Below the pieces are notes generated by a model. The model worked only from the letters and a program-made list of their open reading frames with translations. It did no database searches and was not told where the DNA came from. From the NCBI GenBank assembly GCA_003971905.1, contig RSEE01000001.1:1488001-1552000 (forward strand): DNA of 64,000 nucleotides, given 5' to 3'. Below are positions 26,833 through 41,726 of this stretch, one piece after another (the first letter of the stretch is position 1; every line of letters starts with the position of its first letter). Source of the stretch: Moniliella sp. 'wahieum' (taxonomy: Eukaryota). The position numbers and the translations under genes are program-made.

Positions 26833-26925
26833 TGCTTCAAAGGGGAATCGAACCCCTGTCATATCGAGACGTAGAAGCTTGAAGCTGCTTGGCAACGATA
26901 TAGTATACCACTAACCCATTGAAGC
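26833..26925 (-). tRNA. tRNA-Gly(GCC) with 22-nt intron (26868-26889)
   Basis: Acceptor GCTTCAA/TTGAAGC, anticodon stem TATCG/CGATA with TT-GCC-A, T arm AGGGG-TTCGATT-CCCCT, 71 nt spliced, TTTT just downstream. Confidence 0.95.
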
Positions 26926-26949
26926 CCGATGAAATAGCCTTCGTGACTT

Positions 26950-27600
26950 CCATTGCAAGGGGCCCGTTCCTATATACACGTTCTACGGGCGTTTTTCCGC
27001 ATGTACCGCACCTTCCGGTACGCAGTCTTGTCCTTCTTTGACGCCAAAAGCCCCTTAAAGCGTGAGCCTCGTCTTCTATTCTTGGTGGTCCTCCAAAAAT
27101 GCTCGAGGTCTCCATTCACTCTCCATAATGCGGGCACCTGCAATTCTTCCTTTTGAGTCGCGTCTCATCCTCTTCTTCCCTTACATCAGTCGGTTCCTTG
27201 AGAACATGAGTGTGCCCAGCTCTTTGAGAAGATGAGGGGTTGCCCCTGAAGGAGCGCACAATCAGCTTGTTGAGGATCGGCTATCGCACAGAGCTTCATG
27301 TGCAACGTCCCCCGCCCCCGAACTTTAATTTTCTGGGCGCGCACAGGTGCATCACACGCCCAAAGACGTACTCCACGAGAGTCATGACCTCAGTCTACAT
27401 TTGCACTTGTTGCGTAAAGAACGCAACAGGGGCACAGAGCATGACGGAGACCAATCTGGACTTGTTGTATTGACGCACTGTGAGCTCAGTCGAAACAACG
27501 CACTTGGCTGTCGACGTGGAGGGTGAGCCTATAGAAGAGTTGTCGGCAACCCCGTTTTGTGCAGATTTTGCTTCGGGAAACGGAGAGACAAAGGAGCCTC
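26950..27600 (-). pseudogene. Orphan family copy E (fragment between the tRNA genes)
   Basis: Colinear blocks shared with copy F: cacgcccaaag (27355/56549), ctgaagg (27246/56417), tgtg.cca.c.ctttg (27211/56383). Confidence 0.4.
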
Positions 27601-27645
27601 AAGTTGAGCCCACAGGCAAGGGTTAGACCCAGAAGAACAAAAATG

Positions 27646-27747
27646 TGCACTCGCGGATTCGAACCCGGCAACAACTTATGCTAGCTCCTCGTGATGGAAC
27701 CCCAATGTTATGGGAAAGTTGCATCTTAACCACTTGATCACGAGTGC
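27646..27747 (-). tRNA. tRNA-Gly(CCC) with 33-nt intron (27678-27710)
   Basis: Acceptor GCACTCG/CGAGTGC, anticodon stem CAACT/AGTTG with TT-CCC-A, GGTTCGAATCC, T5 terminator; T-stem 3' side 2 nt short (CCG for CCCGG), likely homopolymer errors. Confidence 0.88.
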
Positions 27748-28222
27748 GCAATGGCATTGTGATCCGCACAATGAGGAGTACCTGGAACAGACGTCAAGAT
27801 GCAAGCCCCCTGGCATGCTGTGGACCTAATCCGCCTAACGTAAAGACGCTAAAGACGAAGCTTTCGGGCCTGTCAGCACGTTTCAGTTGGGAAAAGAGGG
27901 GGTAGACCCGGTATGCGGCCTTCCGGGAATTGACGCGGTGAGTGTACTATGTAAGCAGCGACTGCGCCAAGACGCGACGAACCTTTGGGTGTGGGCGGTG
28001 ACAAGGAGGTCCAATGGATCAATGGCATGAATTCAGCGCAATCGAGGCGAAATGGACAAAGCAGGCAAGACTTGGTCCTGGGCAAGAGGGGCAGCACCAA
28101 CGCCGGACCCATCCCCTTTAGTTTAGAGAGCACCATATACGGAGCAAGGGAGACTAGATGTTCGACGAGGCCAAAGGTAAGGTGGAGGGATAGAGCAGGA
28201 GACGGCCAAAGGGAAATCTTAA

Positions 28223-28809
28223 TCACCAGTCTCCGCCGCCAAAGTCTCCACCGCCGTAGTCGCCGCCATTGTCCATGCCATTGTCATAGCCCTGGTCGTA
28301 CGCTTCGTCTTCCTTGTGATCAATCACGTCGTCAAGGAGCATGCCTCCCAACAGGCCACCTCCCAGCCCGAGGGCTGCACCGCCCCATCCGCCCAGACCA
28401 TGCTTCTTCTTGGCCGGGGCAGCCTGGATGACCTGAGGAGGAGGGGGCTGCTGTAGACTGGCTGCTGGTACATTGTGGTGGGGGCCATAGTCTGGCGCTG
28501 GGGCGGCGGACCACCGTAGCCGCCCTGGGGGCACCGTAGCCAGAGGGGCCTTGCGGGCCTCCGTAGCCGCCCTGCGGGGACCACCATAGTTGCTCGGGCC
28601 GTATCCGCGGGAAGGATCCGAGGGGGGCCCAGGGGGCGGGGCTATTGCTGCTGTTGCTGTTGGGGCGGATTCGTCCAGCGGGTGGACCCAGATCGAAAAC
28701 GCGGGGGCTGGCTCTTGGTGTCGACGTAGAACAGCGGCCATAGTTGCTGTCAAACTGCTTGGTCCACCCGGGGGGGAGGGGACGCTTGTCCTCGTTGGGG
28801 CCAGGACAT
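28223..28809 (-). CDS. WWM1: WW-domain, Gly/Pro/Tyr-rich protein
   Basis: Across indels: NEDKRPLPPGWTKQFDSNY..FYVDTKSQPPR.SIWVHP; C-terminus GLGGGLLGGMLLDDVID..YDQGYDNG..GGGDW. Confidence 0.85.
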
Positions 28810-29780
28810 GGGGGAGGGGTAGGAGGGTGGAGGGAGAGTAGTTTGTGTGGGTGTGGCGGAGGTCGAATGTGTTGCTCTTGCGGTGGATCGAGTATCAGAC
28901 TGCGTGTGGTGGTGCGTTGGAACGTTCAGCTGAGTGGCTGAAGCACACGAGCGGAGTGCTGAGTAGTGGCCCGTGCGGTGCGAGGCTGTGCGGTGCTGTG
29001 CGGAACGAAGCGAGGGCGAACGGCTGGCTGGCGCCGAGCGGGCATTGCATATTGAACGATCGACGCCACGTGGCATGCGGAATGTGAATGTGACACGGCC
29101 GCTCCCCCAGCACGCCCCCTGCGGCCAGTCGCAGCACCTCGGAATCGAGTGGCTCGGGCGGGCAGCGCAGCATCTGGCCAGTGTGCACAGCCCCTGTAGC
29201 CTCGGTGCGGAGAGCAGCAGACGATGCGCTCCAGCTGAAATGTTCAGCGGTGGGCTGGGTGACATGTGACAGTGACGTCAGCACACAGGCACGCACGCAG
29301 CGCTAGGAGTCGGCACTCGTTCAACGTGAGTGTACCCAGTCAGTTATACAGACGTACTCAGGACACCACTCCGTACTCTGTGGCCCTTCAAGCTTCGCTC
29401 GCTTCGCAGCTTCGACTCTGCCCATCTGCATCCCCCGCTCATCGCCGCCCAACCAAACGCGCATCCTGCGCTTCCACCATCGACCATCCCGCCCCCCTCC
29501 ACCGGCCCGCCTCGTACACATGACGCAATGTGCACTCCGGTCCACGGACGGGGACGCGTGGGGAGCGTCGTGGTCCGTGGCCTTGGGCGCATCACATGTC
29601 ACACACCTCCTGCCGCTCCGGCGCCCCCGTGCGCCCCCCTCTCTCCCCCTGCCCCTCCCCGGCCCCATTGTCGCGTTGTTCGCCCACAAAGCATGCCATA
29701 TTGAGAAGTACTTAATACCACCTACTGCGTCCCTATCCCCCTCCCCCCTCATCCCCACACGCACTAGACGAAGCACCAAC

Positions 29781-31423
29781 ATGGGACTGCTGCTCACGTC
29801 GATGCCATGACCTGTTCGAGCTCGCTGCCGACCACGGCTGCGCCTGAGCGACCGCGACGGCACCGGTCCCTGGATGGCAAGTACCAGAGCATTGGTTTGC
29901 CGCAGACGCACATTCCCAAGCGCGGTGTGGCAGGTGTGGATGCGTATGCGGCCGTGGCGTGGCGAGTTGGGCGCGGGATGGCAAGCCGACCCTCAACTTG
30001 GCCTCGTTGTCTCGAACGAGGTGGACGATTATGCCCAGCGGCTGTTCCAAGAGCATGGAACATCAACCTTGCGACGGGGACGAGTACCTTCCACCATCAA
30101 CTTGCACGGACGCTGTGTGTCGATGTGGCGGATCTGTGGCATGCGCCCAAAACGCATTCCGAGGACGGTGTGTGAGACGGTCCGTGCGCTGGGCACGGCC
30201 ACCACAGGTCCTCTGAAGCGATCATGCTGGGGCTTGGCGCTCAAGAAACAGTGGCAGCAACGGCGCAAAGCCGAGGGCAAGCCCACTGACAAGCCCAACC
30301 TGATTGTCGGTGCCAAACCCAAGTGTGCGTGGAAAAGGCGGCCAAGTACTTGACATTGAACTGCGCCTGGTGCCGGTTAGCGAGGAATCACACTACCGTC
30401 TCGACACCAAAAAAGGCGATCGAGATGGTGGACGAAAACACGATTGCTGTATTTGTCATTGCTGGCTCCACCTACACCGGTGCGATTGAGCCGGTCAAGG
30501 AGATGTCCGACTTGTTGGACGACCTGCAGGCCAAGACCGGACTCGATATCCCCATTCACGTCGATGCGGCCTCGGGCGGATTCGTGTTGCCCTTTGCCTG
30601 GCCGGAGCTCGAGTGGGATTTCCGCGTTAAGCGCGTAGCGTCCATCAACTCGTCCGGGCACAAGTTTGGTCTGGCGCCAGTGGGATTGGGGTGGGTGGTG
30701 TGGCGTACGCCAGACCACTTGCCCAAGGAACTGTTGTTTGAACTCTCCTACCTCGGCTCGGACCAGATTGACTTTAACCTCAACTTTTCCCGTCCGGCGG
30801 GCCAAATGGTGGTGCAGTACTACAACTTTATCAAGTTGGGCCAGGAAGGGTACAAGCAAGTGGTCGAAGCCGACTTGCGCAATGCGCGCATGTTTGCCCG
30901 TGCCATTGAAAAGAGTGGTGCGTACGAGGTGGTTTCCGAAAACCTAGCCCACGCTCCTACCGCCCCCACCAAGGACGAAACCCAAGCGGAGTACTACAAG
31001 CCTTCTTTGCCCGTTGTCGCGTTCCGCTGGACGAAAGAGTTCCGTACCAAGTACCCGCACTTGCAGCAAAAGTGGGTCCAAACCATGTTGCGCAGCAAAG
31101 GCTGGATCGTGCCCAACTACCCTTTGCCCGAACCGCTCACCGACCAGGAAATTCTTCGCATCGTCGTCCGCAACTCGATGAGCGAAGATATGGTGGTCAG
31201 CTTGGTCGAGGACTTGCTCGATGTCACCGACGCCTTGACCGACGACCACGTCGCCACAGCTGCCCTCAATCCCTCGCCCGTGGCGGCCAAGGCGGCCAAT
31301 GCTACGGGCGCAGGTCGCACGCACCGCTCCGACCTGTTCCACCCAGGCAAGCACGTTCGTACCTCGGCGCAGAAGCACAACCATGCCCACAGCAAGCCCT
31401 CGGGCTACGGCCACGCGTGCTAA
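29781..31423 (+). CDS. GAD1: Glutamate decarboxylase
   Basis: VDENTIAV..GSTYTG, IHVDAASGGF, SINSSGHKFG (PLP lysine), LNFSRP, GWIVPNY; 5' part broken by indels. Confidence 0.96.
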
Positions 31424-31978
31424 ATGCTAAATACTAAATCCGAATCGACGATGGCAGACGAACCGCAACGGCATCGTCTACAAGGCCTAACGATTAATGA
31501 CGTTCCAATCGTTTAACAGGTTGGTGAGGAGGATTGCAATATGCATAGATGTTGTAGCCTTCTCCAAAGCTCTGACCACTTGGGCTCGACGTGGTCCATT
31601 TGGACTCGCCAGGCCCACGGGGAGGAGTCCCAAGCTGCGACAGGGTGGGAATCAGGTAAAGCAGACTCCGGAGGGCGTACAAAGAGGGGCTAGGAGGGTT
31701 AACGGTTACCGGTTAAGGCCGGGGGGGGGGGGACTAGGGGGACAAGCCCCAGGACATTTAACGATCATTGATCAACCGAGATTGGGGGCACCAAAAGGAA
31801 CTAGCTTCCGTGGTTAGACGCACGGGGGGGGAATCAGAGGGTAAACCACATCCTGGTAACGGCAACACGGGCAACGGCAACGGGCAACGGGGAGAGATAG
31901 AGAGAGGGAGAGGGAGAAGACGAGGCGGGAGGCAGGTCGCGGGGGGAGATAGGCGGGTACGATAGGAATGTTATAAGC

Positions 31979-34900
31979 TCAAGGAGAGGACCAGAGTTGC
32001 ATCGCTCGGTTCATCTCCGACTGAGCGCGGGTGGGTTCCATGTTAGTCTCCTTTGCAGCAAAGGGATGATCGATGAGGAGCGGAGGAGCAGAGGAGCGCA
32101 AACGTACAATTTGTTGGGCATCGGGGAACTCGGTCTCGGAAGGTTGGAACTCATGAGGGGAGGGCAAGACGCTCGGGCCCGAGTGGAGCCGAGGGCAGGA
32201 GCGTCGTACGGCTCGAACGGTTCGTAACCAAGCTGGCCTTGGTCCAAGGTGGGATCAAATGGCGGGTCGTACAGCGCGCCATCGAACGCTTGGTACTCGG
32301 CACGGGGGGCACCCGTCCTCCCACATCCAACGATTGCGCGCGGTGCCCCACGCGCCGCACGTCCTGTGTCCATGAAGGCGGTGGCACTTCCCACCCTCGT
32401 GCAGGCGTGTCGCGGACATAGGAGAAACTGTGCGCGGCTTGGTGCCCGTTTCGACGCCAAAAGTCGGGCAGCGGCGCTCGCTCAAGGTAAGGCGAAGTAC
32501 GAAGTGCGAGAACAGGACCAGATACAGTGTGAGCGTGGCGGGCCTGGGCGCGGGCTTGGGCTTGGGCTTGGGCTTGGGCTTGGGCGTGGGCTTGAGCTTG
32601 AGCTTGAGCGTGAGCATGAGCGTGAGCTTGGGCAGTGTGGACTGTCTGGGCCGTTTGCGCTGCCTGCACCGCCGAGCCAGCTCCTGACGAGGTGCGCGAG
32701 CCGAGGATGGATGTGGTGTTAGCAGTCGAGCTAGCTGTGCGCACCCTCTGGCTCTCATCGAGATGGAGGGTAGGATGCGCCTCCGTGGCCGGCGAAGCCA
32801 AGGGCGGAGGTCCGCTCCGGACTCCCCTCCGGCTCCAGGTGGGCGAGTCGGGGAGGGGAAGCGCCGAAGCGGAAAGTGCCAGGCTCCGCGTAGCAGGGGA
32901 AGTGTGGTGGTACTGGTGGTAGGGGACGGAAGGGGGTAGCCGTAAGGCGGGGGGATACGGGCATGGCGAGAGCCAGCCCGGCAGCCGGGCTAGGCGCCTG
33001 GAACACATCGAACATGGCTCGTACTGTCGGTAGAAGAGGCGCGTGGGAACGGGTGGTAAACAGGTGCAGATGTAGGGACGCGTCCTCCCGGTCCTCGGGA
33101 TCGGGTAAGAACGAGAGACGAAGGTTGAACTCGCGTCGCAAAATATCCGTCAGGATCGTAAACTCATGCGAGGCGACATAGGTGCTAGGCGGAAGGATGT
33201 GTACGCCCTCGTATGGTACTTGCTCCAGCAAAGCTGCGCAGCCCCGGGTAATTGGAGAGCAGGACCATAGATTGTCACCTCATCCAATGCTGTCTCGCGC
33301 GGGGGGAAACGGACGGCACAGCTATTCCGGGTCTCGAGGTCGTGTAATAACATGGCGCGCTCCGAGGCCAGACTGCGATGGAACCAACGCGCAATAGGAA
33401 GAGTCGTGGTGGTGTAATCTCGGTCTTTGGGGGCAACCATCTCCAACACAGCAGCTTTCAGGTGCAACAAGGAAGCAGCATTCTTGCCCGGCGTGCGTGC
33501 TACGACATTGTCCTCGTTACTGAGGTAGCCGCCCAAGGAGGCAAACTCCTCGGCCGAAGAGAATTTGACGTACACCCCATACCGTTTCATGATACGCTGA
33601 ATGTTCTTGCCCCCCACACCAATGATCGCTTATGGTACGTCTCGGGTACATGGAAGGAAATCTCGGCGGGCAATTCTTCTTCCAAGCAAGCCAGTCCAAG
33701 AAGAACGTTGCTTCCCTCGCACGGGCCCTCCAACCCGGCCAACGAGGCGGCGGAAGCCATGGGCGGCGCAGTGAGCTCAAGGGGGGTTCCAAACGCACCC
33801 AACTCAATCACAAAATTGTATTCGTTGAACGTATCGTACTTGACCTGGACGTTGGCCAACTTCATAATCTTGTTGACCTTGCCATTCTTCTTGCCCGAGA
33901 TAAAGTCGCGGTGTTCCGCCGCAAGCTCAATATGGACGGTCACCTCGGCGCGGGGGTAGGTGCGCTGGATCAGCGGGTGAGAGAGAAGGTGAGCAAGACC
34001 CTTTCGAACTTCGGACGAAGTACCGCGCAGCTCGACTCGGCTGGCCGAGGGCGCCAGGGCCTCCCTGCCAGTCACCCCGCAGCGGCGCAGAGGGTAAAGT
34101 GCACCTCGGCACCCGATACGAGCGCCACATCCGTCACCAGCGTCGCCACCTCTTGTTTCCAGCGTGGCGCCCATATCCAGCAGCGCAACGCTGGCGAGAT
34201 AAAAGAGAGAAGCAAGTGCCATCAGGGCGCAGGGTGCGCTCCATGGACGTGCGATTGTCTCCCAGTACTTGGATGCGGCCCTGGGCGCTGCCCAAAGGAG
34301 GAAAAGAGATGCGGGTTCCATTGTCGATCGCGATGCACCTCAGCTCGTCCCTCTTGTGCAACAAGAGCCAGTCCAACTTGCACGGTAGCATTTCCGCTTC
34401 CTTGGAAAGCAAGGCAGCGCTCTTGAGCTGCGCAATCTGCAACAACATCTCCTTCGCCCGCGTCACCCCACTGGAGGGACCGGTGATGTAGACCAGGTGG
34501 GCTTCCTGCGCCAAGCGTGCATCCTCACTGGTATCGGGGGGCGGACCCAGCCAAAGGTAGTGGGCGCAAAGTAGATTGAGGTACCAGTGTCGGCCTGGAT
34601 AGTCTGGATCACACACCGTTTGCGCCCACCAAGGATGTTGAGCAAGGTGCAGTCCAGCTCGCACGTATCGGTTTCCAGCCCGTTCTGCCAGTCGATCGTA
34701 GCTGCGTTAGTCCATTTCCACCCGACAAGGGGAAGAAGTGTGGGAGGGAAGGGGGGCGGGGGTGGCGTACCAGTTGGTCGCACAGAACCAAAACGCGGAT
34801 GCAGGCCAGGGCCACCGCATCGGAGGAACCGCGGATGTCGATCTGGGCAAACGTTTCGTCCTCGGCCTGGGCCAAGGCAGCGACGGGGGTATCACACGCA

Positions 34901-35277
34901 GCGTCGGACAGGACAACGTCGGTGGCGGTAGCGGAGGCGATGGTGGAGAGGCGCGGGGCGAGTTGCGGGCGCAGGCGGGAGGGTACACGGAGGGGCGTGT
35001 GGGTGTGCTGCGGCGCGTCGCGGAGGAGGTGGGTGCGGGCACGGGCGAGGACAGGGGGGGAAGCAGTGAGCTGCCAGACAAGCTGAGGGGGTCGGGGCGG
35101 CGCGGGAGGCCGAGGGGAAGGGGAGGAGGGTGGCATAGGCAGGGGTGGGGGTGGGGGTGGGGAGGGGGCGGGGGGGGGCGTGGAGGTCGCGTCGGCGCCG
35201 AGGGCGGTGAGGGCGGCTTGGAGCTGCGTGGCCGCCGTGCCCGCGGCCACGACGAGCGCAGCCGTCGCCGAGGCCAT
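31979..35277 (-). CDS. KH-domain RNA-binding protein (Mug60/YLL032C-like)
   Basis: FISGKKNGKVNKIMK, EEELPAEISFHVPETYHKR..GGKNIQRIMKRYGVYVKFS, DNVVARTPGKN; intron about 34683-34770; (AQ)n tract at 32545-32630. Confidence 0.85.
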
Positions 35278-36230
35278 CTGGGGGGTTGCCTGCTGCTCTG
35301 GGCGACGAGGATGCGCAGGGCCAGCAACAAGGAACCGGTCGCAGAAGCCAGCAGCCAGCAGTCAGCAACCAGGAAGCAACAACCACCAACCACAACCACT
35401 CGCCAAAAAGCAACCAGCAACCACCAGGCTCGTCTCGCGTCTCTCGCTCCCAGTCAGCACCCAGCAACCCAGCCGGTCTGTAGGATGGAGGCTGTGAAGC
35501 ACCGCCTCAGTCCCAGCTGCTGGGCGTCTCCCTCCGGCCACGTGACCCTGTGCGACCTTTTCACATCTCCATCTCAGACCACCGAGATCATCTCGATCAT
35601 CTCGATCCTCATCGAATCCGCACTGCCCTCCGGGGCATCCCCCCACGAATCGATGATGCAAGCAGCCGCTTCCTACTTACCGCATACTCAGTCACTAATA
35701 GTCACACCTGGTGGCAATGATTACTAGGCTGTCTTTTGCATCGTTTGGGGCATGTGCCATCCGAGACCTCAGAAGTCAGGCCTTGGGCCTTTTTGGGGTC
35801 GCGCTGCTGCTTCTTTTGTTCCCGACGAATCCAGCCTACACACCCAGCCTCGGGGGGCGCATTGAATATCGAACGAGAACGGACAGCCTGACCTTCAAGC
35901 TTCGACAGGCCCCGTCGGTCGAACCTGGGACCCACAACCGAGGACTGCGCAACAGGCCACCACAGGACGGAGTACACCGGCCCATTCACCCGAAGCTTGA
36001 ACGTTTTGAGCAAGAGCAGCCCTGGTGGCACTGCGAACTACAACGCACGGGCCACTGCGCGTTGTCCTCAGATTCCTAAGCCCTCTTTGAAACGGTAAAA
36101 TGCCCCCGCCGCCATCTCGGTGCGTAGGTAAGCGACTGGGGGGGCACCTATGCGCCCCCACCACCACACACAACACAAAGAGCGTGCTTTGCCAGCCCGC
36201 TCCAACAGCAGCCACTGCCCCTTTTCCCAG

Positions 36231-37416
36231 ATGAGGCGCTCGGGACACCGGGCGAGGAAATGGACCCTCCTCTTCCTGGCCACTGGTCTGGCCGTTGCCC
36301 CAACCTCATGGGCCAATGTGGACATGGGCGGCTTTGGGCCGCTGCTCTGCCCGTTGGACGAGACGGGCCAGGCGTACACCCAAGCGGCTGAACAAGTAGC
36401 CCGAGACTGGTACGTGCCGTGTTTCCCCCTCCTGCGGCGTGCAGCGGCCTAATTTTGCAGCGGCTCTGTGGCAGGCCCACCCTCAACGTCGACACCAATC
36501 CGATGGGTACGTTTTCTTTGGTCCCGGCCGAGCTGGAAGGTCAACACGGCAGCAGCAGTTCCGGAGCCTGGCTGCGCCTCGAACTCTCCCTCCTCCCCTG
36601 CCCGCCCCTGCCTCCAGCCCATCCAGCCCACGCGATCGGGCCCTGAGGTGGATCTCGTGGTTTTCCACACAGCGTTATACGGTGCGTGCCAGTACACCGG
36701 CCAACATCCCCATCTACCTCGATATGCAATTACTTTCGCCGCGCAAAATGTTGCTAGCCAGCAGTCAGGAGCCGGGCGCGATCGTTCTCCCTAGCGCGCA
36801 GGCAGAACTGAATCCGCCCGAGCCATCGTCTCCCCCTCCTCTGAGGGCAAATGTGACTACAGGGGGCGCACCCGATGCATTTCCCCCACAGGGTAATGTC
36901 AGTGCTACCTCGGCCTCCGCCCCGGCTCACGACCGGTCCCGGTACTATGCTGAGCACCATGCGCATGAGCATGCGCAGCGCCAAGCCCGCGCCCACGCTG
37001 AGGAGGCCAAATCCCTCCCTGCCATGGAGGAAGCTCCGTGCGCGGTTGTGTACCTGCACATTGTGCCCCATTCCCCTGCCATCCCCATCCCTGCGCGCCC
37101 GTGTGAGCCGAGGACGTGGTGGGAAAGGTGGTACGACCGACTGGCGTGGGACGATGGCCGGGCGTGCCAGTCGGCATTTGTAACTTCTTCTCTCTCGGGC
37201 TTTTCAGGGGCACCGGTAACGGTGGTGATTGAGCGGTTGCAGTGGGGACTACTACCCCAAACGGTGGTGCGCATGTTGGTCCTACTCCTTGTCTCGCTCG
37301 GGTTTGCTCGTCTGCTCTACCCCGCCGTTCAACGTTCCTTTGCCAACCTCAGCAGAGCTGTTATCGAGGAGGAAGATGCTTTGCGTATTGTCGACAGCAG
37401 CGGGCCGAAACAATGA
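36231..37416 (+). CDS. Membrane protein, possibly PGA1-like (GPI mannosyltransferase II co-activator)
   Basis: Signal peptide ending SWA-NVD, YTVRASTPANIP, C-terminal VVIERLQWGLLPQTV followed by a TM helix; family assignment from memory of motif layout. Confidence 0.5.
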
Positions 37417-38357
37417 CATGCTTCATTGCACACAAGGACGACTGGATCCTACTGCGTTGTTGATCGGATCTCTGATCCTTCACTTGTCGATGATCTGACC
37501 CACTGTCATCCTCACATCCTGCAGGCGAAGGGATTCGTTCCAGGGCAAACAGGCGCACACCCGGGAACCGGCTTTGTTAGACCTGCCAGCGTCTTTTGGA
37601 CTGGGACTTGACGTTGGTTTGAGGCTTGGCCAGTGTCCAGCAGACGCCGGCATGCAATGGGAACACTACGATGAGATGCTGCATAATATGTTGTGCTCTG
37701 GGGGCACACTGTTCTAGCCACGTTCGCCTCATGTCTTGCCCCTATCCCATCGTCCTTCCCTTTCCCTTTCTTTTTACTGACTGCTTTTGCACCCCCCAGA
37801 ACCTAACATCCCGCTCTTTCGTCGCAAGAAAGATTAGGCAGAAAAGTGCCCGTAGGACCTGTACCTATGTAGGGCCACCGACCCTGCCTCCTCGCCCTCA
37901 CCCTTCTCGCCCTCACCCTTACTTCATCTCATGCTCATCCTCATTCTCACCCTCTCGCGTTTACCCTCACTCTGCTCTATACAGCCCCCTTCTTGTCATG
38001 TTAGCGCCTACCCTTCCTGCCTAACGTGTCGCCTCGATTGGCTCTTGTTCTTCATGCAGCCCCAGGGAGTGCAACCCACTACGCAAAAAGCAACGTGTGT
38101 TTGGAGGGGCACGACACCACAGTAATCTACCCCGTGCGCCAAAAATGGACATTTGTGCGTTCACAAGGCGCGTAGGCCAGATCAAAGTGCGGCCAAGATG
38201 CAATCATAATGTGGAAGAAAGTGAGAAGATGACCCGCTGGACTTGGACTGGAACCGCGACCCAAGTCCCAGCCGAGTGGGAAAGAGACAAGAGGCTGTGT
38301 CCGAAACCAAGGAAAAGAGGTACATGTGGGAAAGGCAGGAAACGGGAGGGGCAGAAG

Positions 38358-38936
38358 TTAACAGTTGTCATCATGGAACCCCACTGCGTCTTCTTGGGGT
38401 TGCTCGGTGCGGTGCGCACGTATCGGTCGTTGCCCTGTGGCCATTCCTTGTTCTGAAAGGAGCGTCAGTCCTCGGTTGGGCTACCATGAGGGAACAAATG
38501 AGGCAGGCAGGGAAGGGAAACGTGCAGAGGGGGGGGCGTACCTTGCACGAGGCAAGCATGCTCTGGAGCGTGAGAAGAATGGCCTCCACGCTGAGCGCCG
38601 GGGACCACTCGTCGGCGAGGATGTTGGCACAAATGTGACCATTGGTGTAGATGTGGGGGTGCATAGGTGCTTGCCAGGGCGGCGGGGAGGTAAAAAAGTC
38701 ACCTCGGGCGGCTCAAAGGGGTAGTGGGCATCAAACTTGACGCGCACCCGAAACTCTTCGCCGTCAAACACAGAACTGCCCAGCACGCGCAGCGAAAAGA
38801 TCCATTCGGGCAGTGCGCTGGCCCCACCGCCAGCGGCTTCGTCGCTGACGCTCACCAAGGCAATGCCGGCGGGGCAGCCCTTGGTGCGCAGCGCACGCAG
38901 TTCCTTGACAATGCGCTTCCCGGCTGCACCAGACAT
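38358..38936 (-). CDS. UBE2W: Ubiquitin-conjugating enzyme E2 W
   Basis: YPFEPPEVTF, HPHIYTNGHICANILADEWSPALSVEAILLTLQSMLASCK, intron, GNDRYVRTAPSNPKKTQW..HDD. Confidence 0.92.
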
Positions 38937-39676
38937 GGGGGGGGAGGCTGGCGAATGGTAGCGGTCTGTCGAGCATCCATCTGTCCGTGCGTCCGTCCAT
39001 CGGTCCCGCCCTCCCTCGATCCATCCCATCATCTGCATCATCCACCCACCAGCCACGGGCGCCGCCTGCGCTCAGCGCCAAAAAAGGAGCGAAAAACAGG
39101 CGAAATTAAATCGAAATGAAATGATTACTGGGGCGAGTGGCCGTCTGCAACATTGAAATGCTGGGGCGGCCGCATGGAGTTGGCCCGCGGCCCCAGCGAT
39201 GGGACTTGCTGGAGCTCTGCAAGTACTGCAAGTGTCGTGGGAAGCGGCAGGCCGGATGAGTGCCCCCATGCCGGGGGAATGCAGGGAGCGCTGAGGCTCA
39301 GCGCCAGCCGGCACACCAGGCAAGACTGGCGCTGCGCCCAGATGCACTCTAACCTCCTCACCGGTCGACGCCGCTGGTAGCCAAGCGCGGCCGGGCGCCG
39401 CACGAGGCCAGTGTGTGTATTGTGCCCAGCGAACGCGAAGGCAGCAGGCGGCAGCCCCCGCCCGCCGCACCAGCGCTGTGTCCCTGCGGACGCTGGCCCG
39501 GTCGGACGGGCGTTCGACTATCGCAGCACCCGGTCCTCCGTCGTCAATACCCAGCTCACCGAACTCTTTCTTCGGCCCCCCAAGTACCACACAGATATAA
39601 ACCCCCGCTCCCTCTCTCGCCGCCTGCCCCTCCGCCCCCCTCCCCCTTCGTCTCCGTCTGCTTCTACGCCCCCCCC

Positions 39677-41500
<1,824 letters not shown>

Positions 41501-41726
41501 GATGGACCGTGTGTTTGAGACTGGAACTTCTTTTGTGCAGTTCACTTGCCCCTATATGCCTGTTCTATTCTTATCTTGCCTTGCACTCGTCCATGGCCGG
41601 ACCAGCTGCCTCTCTCCATCACCTCACCCCTGCCACGTGCTTCTGTGACATGTTCATACCAACGCTGTAACAAATGGTCTCTGACTTGCATGGAGAAAAG
41701 ACTAGTAGATTGGAAGGGAGCAAGCG

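Noticed and set aside
33632..35727. Long antisense ORFs here and opposite STE23, GAD1, codA and RPL8
   Set aside because: Shadow frames expected from GC-rich codon usage of the real genes
35905..35960. tRNA-like GGTTCGA on the minus strand
   Set aside because: No T-stem or acceptor-stem pairing
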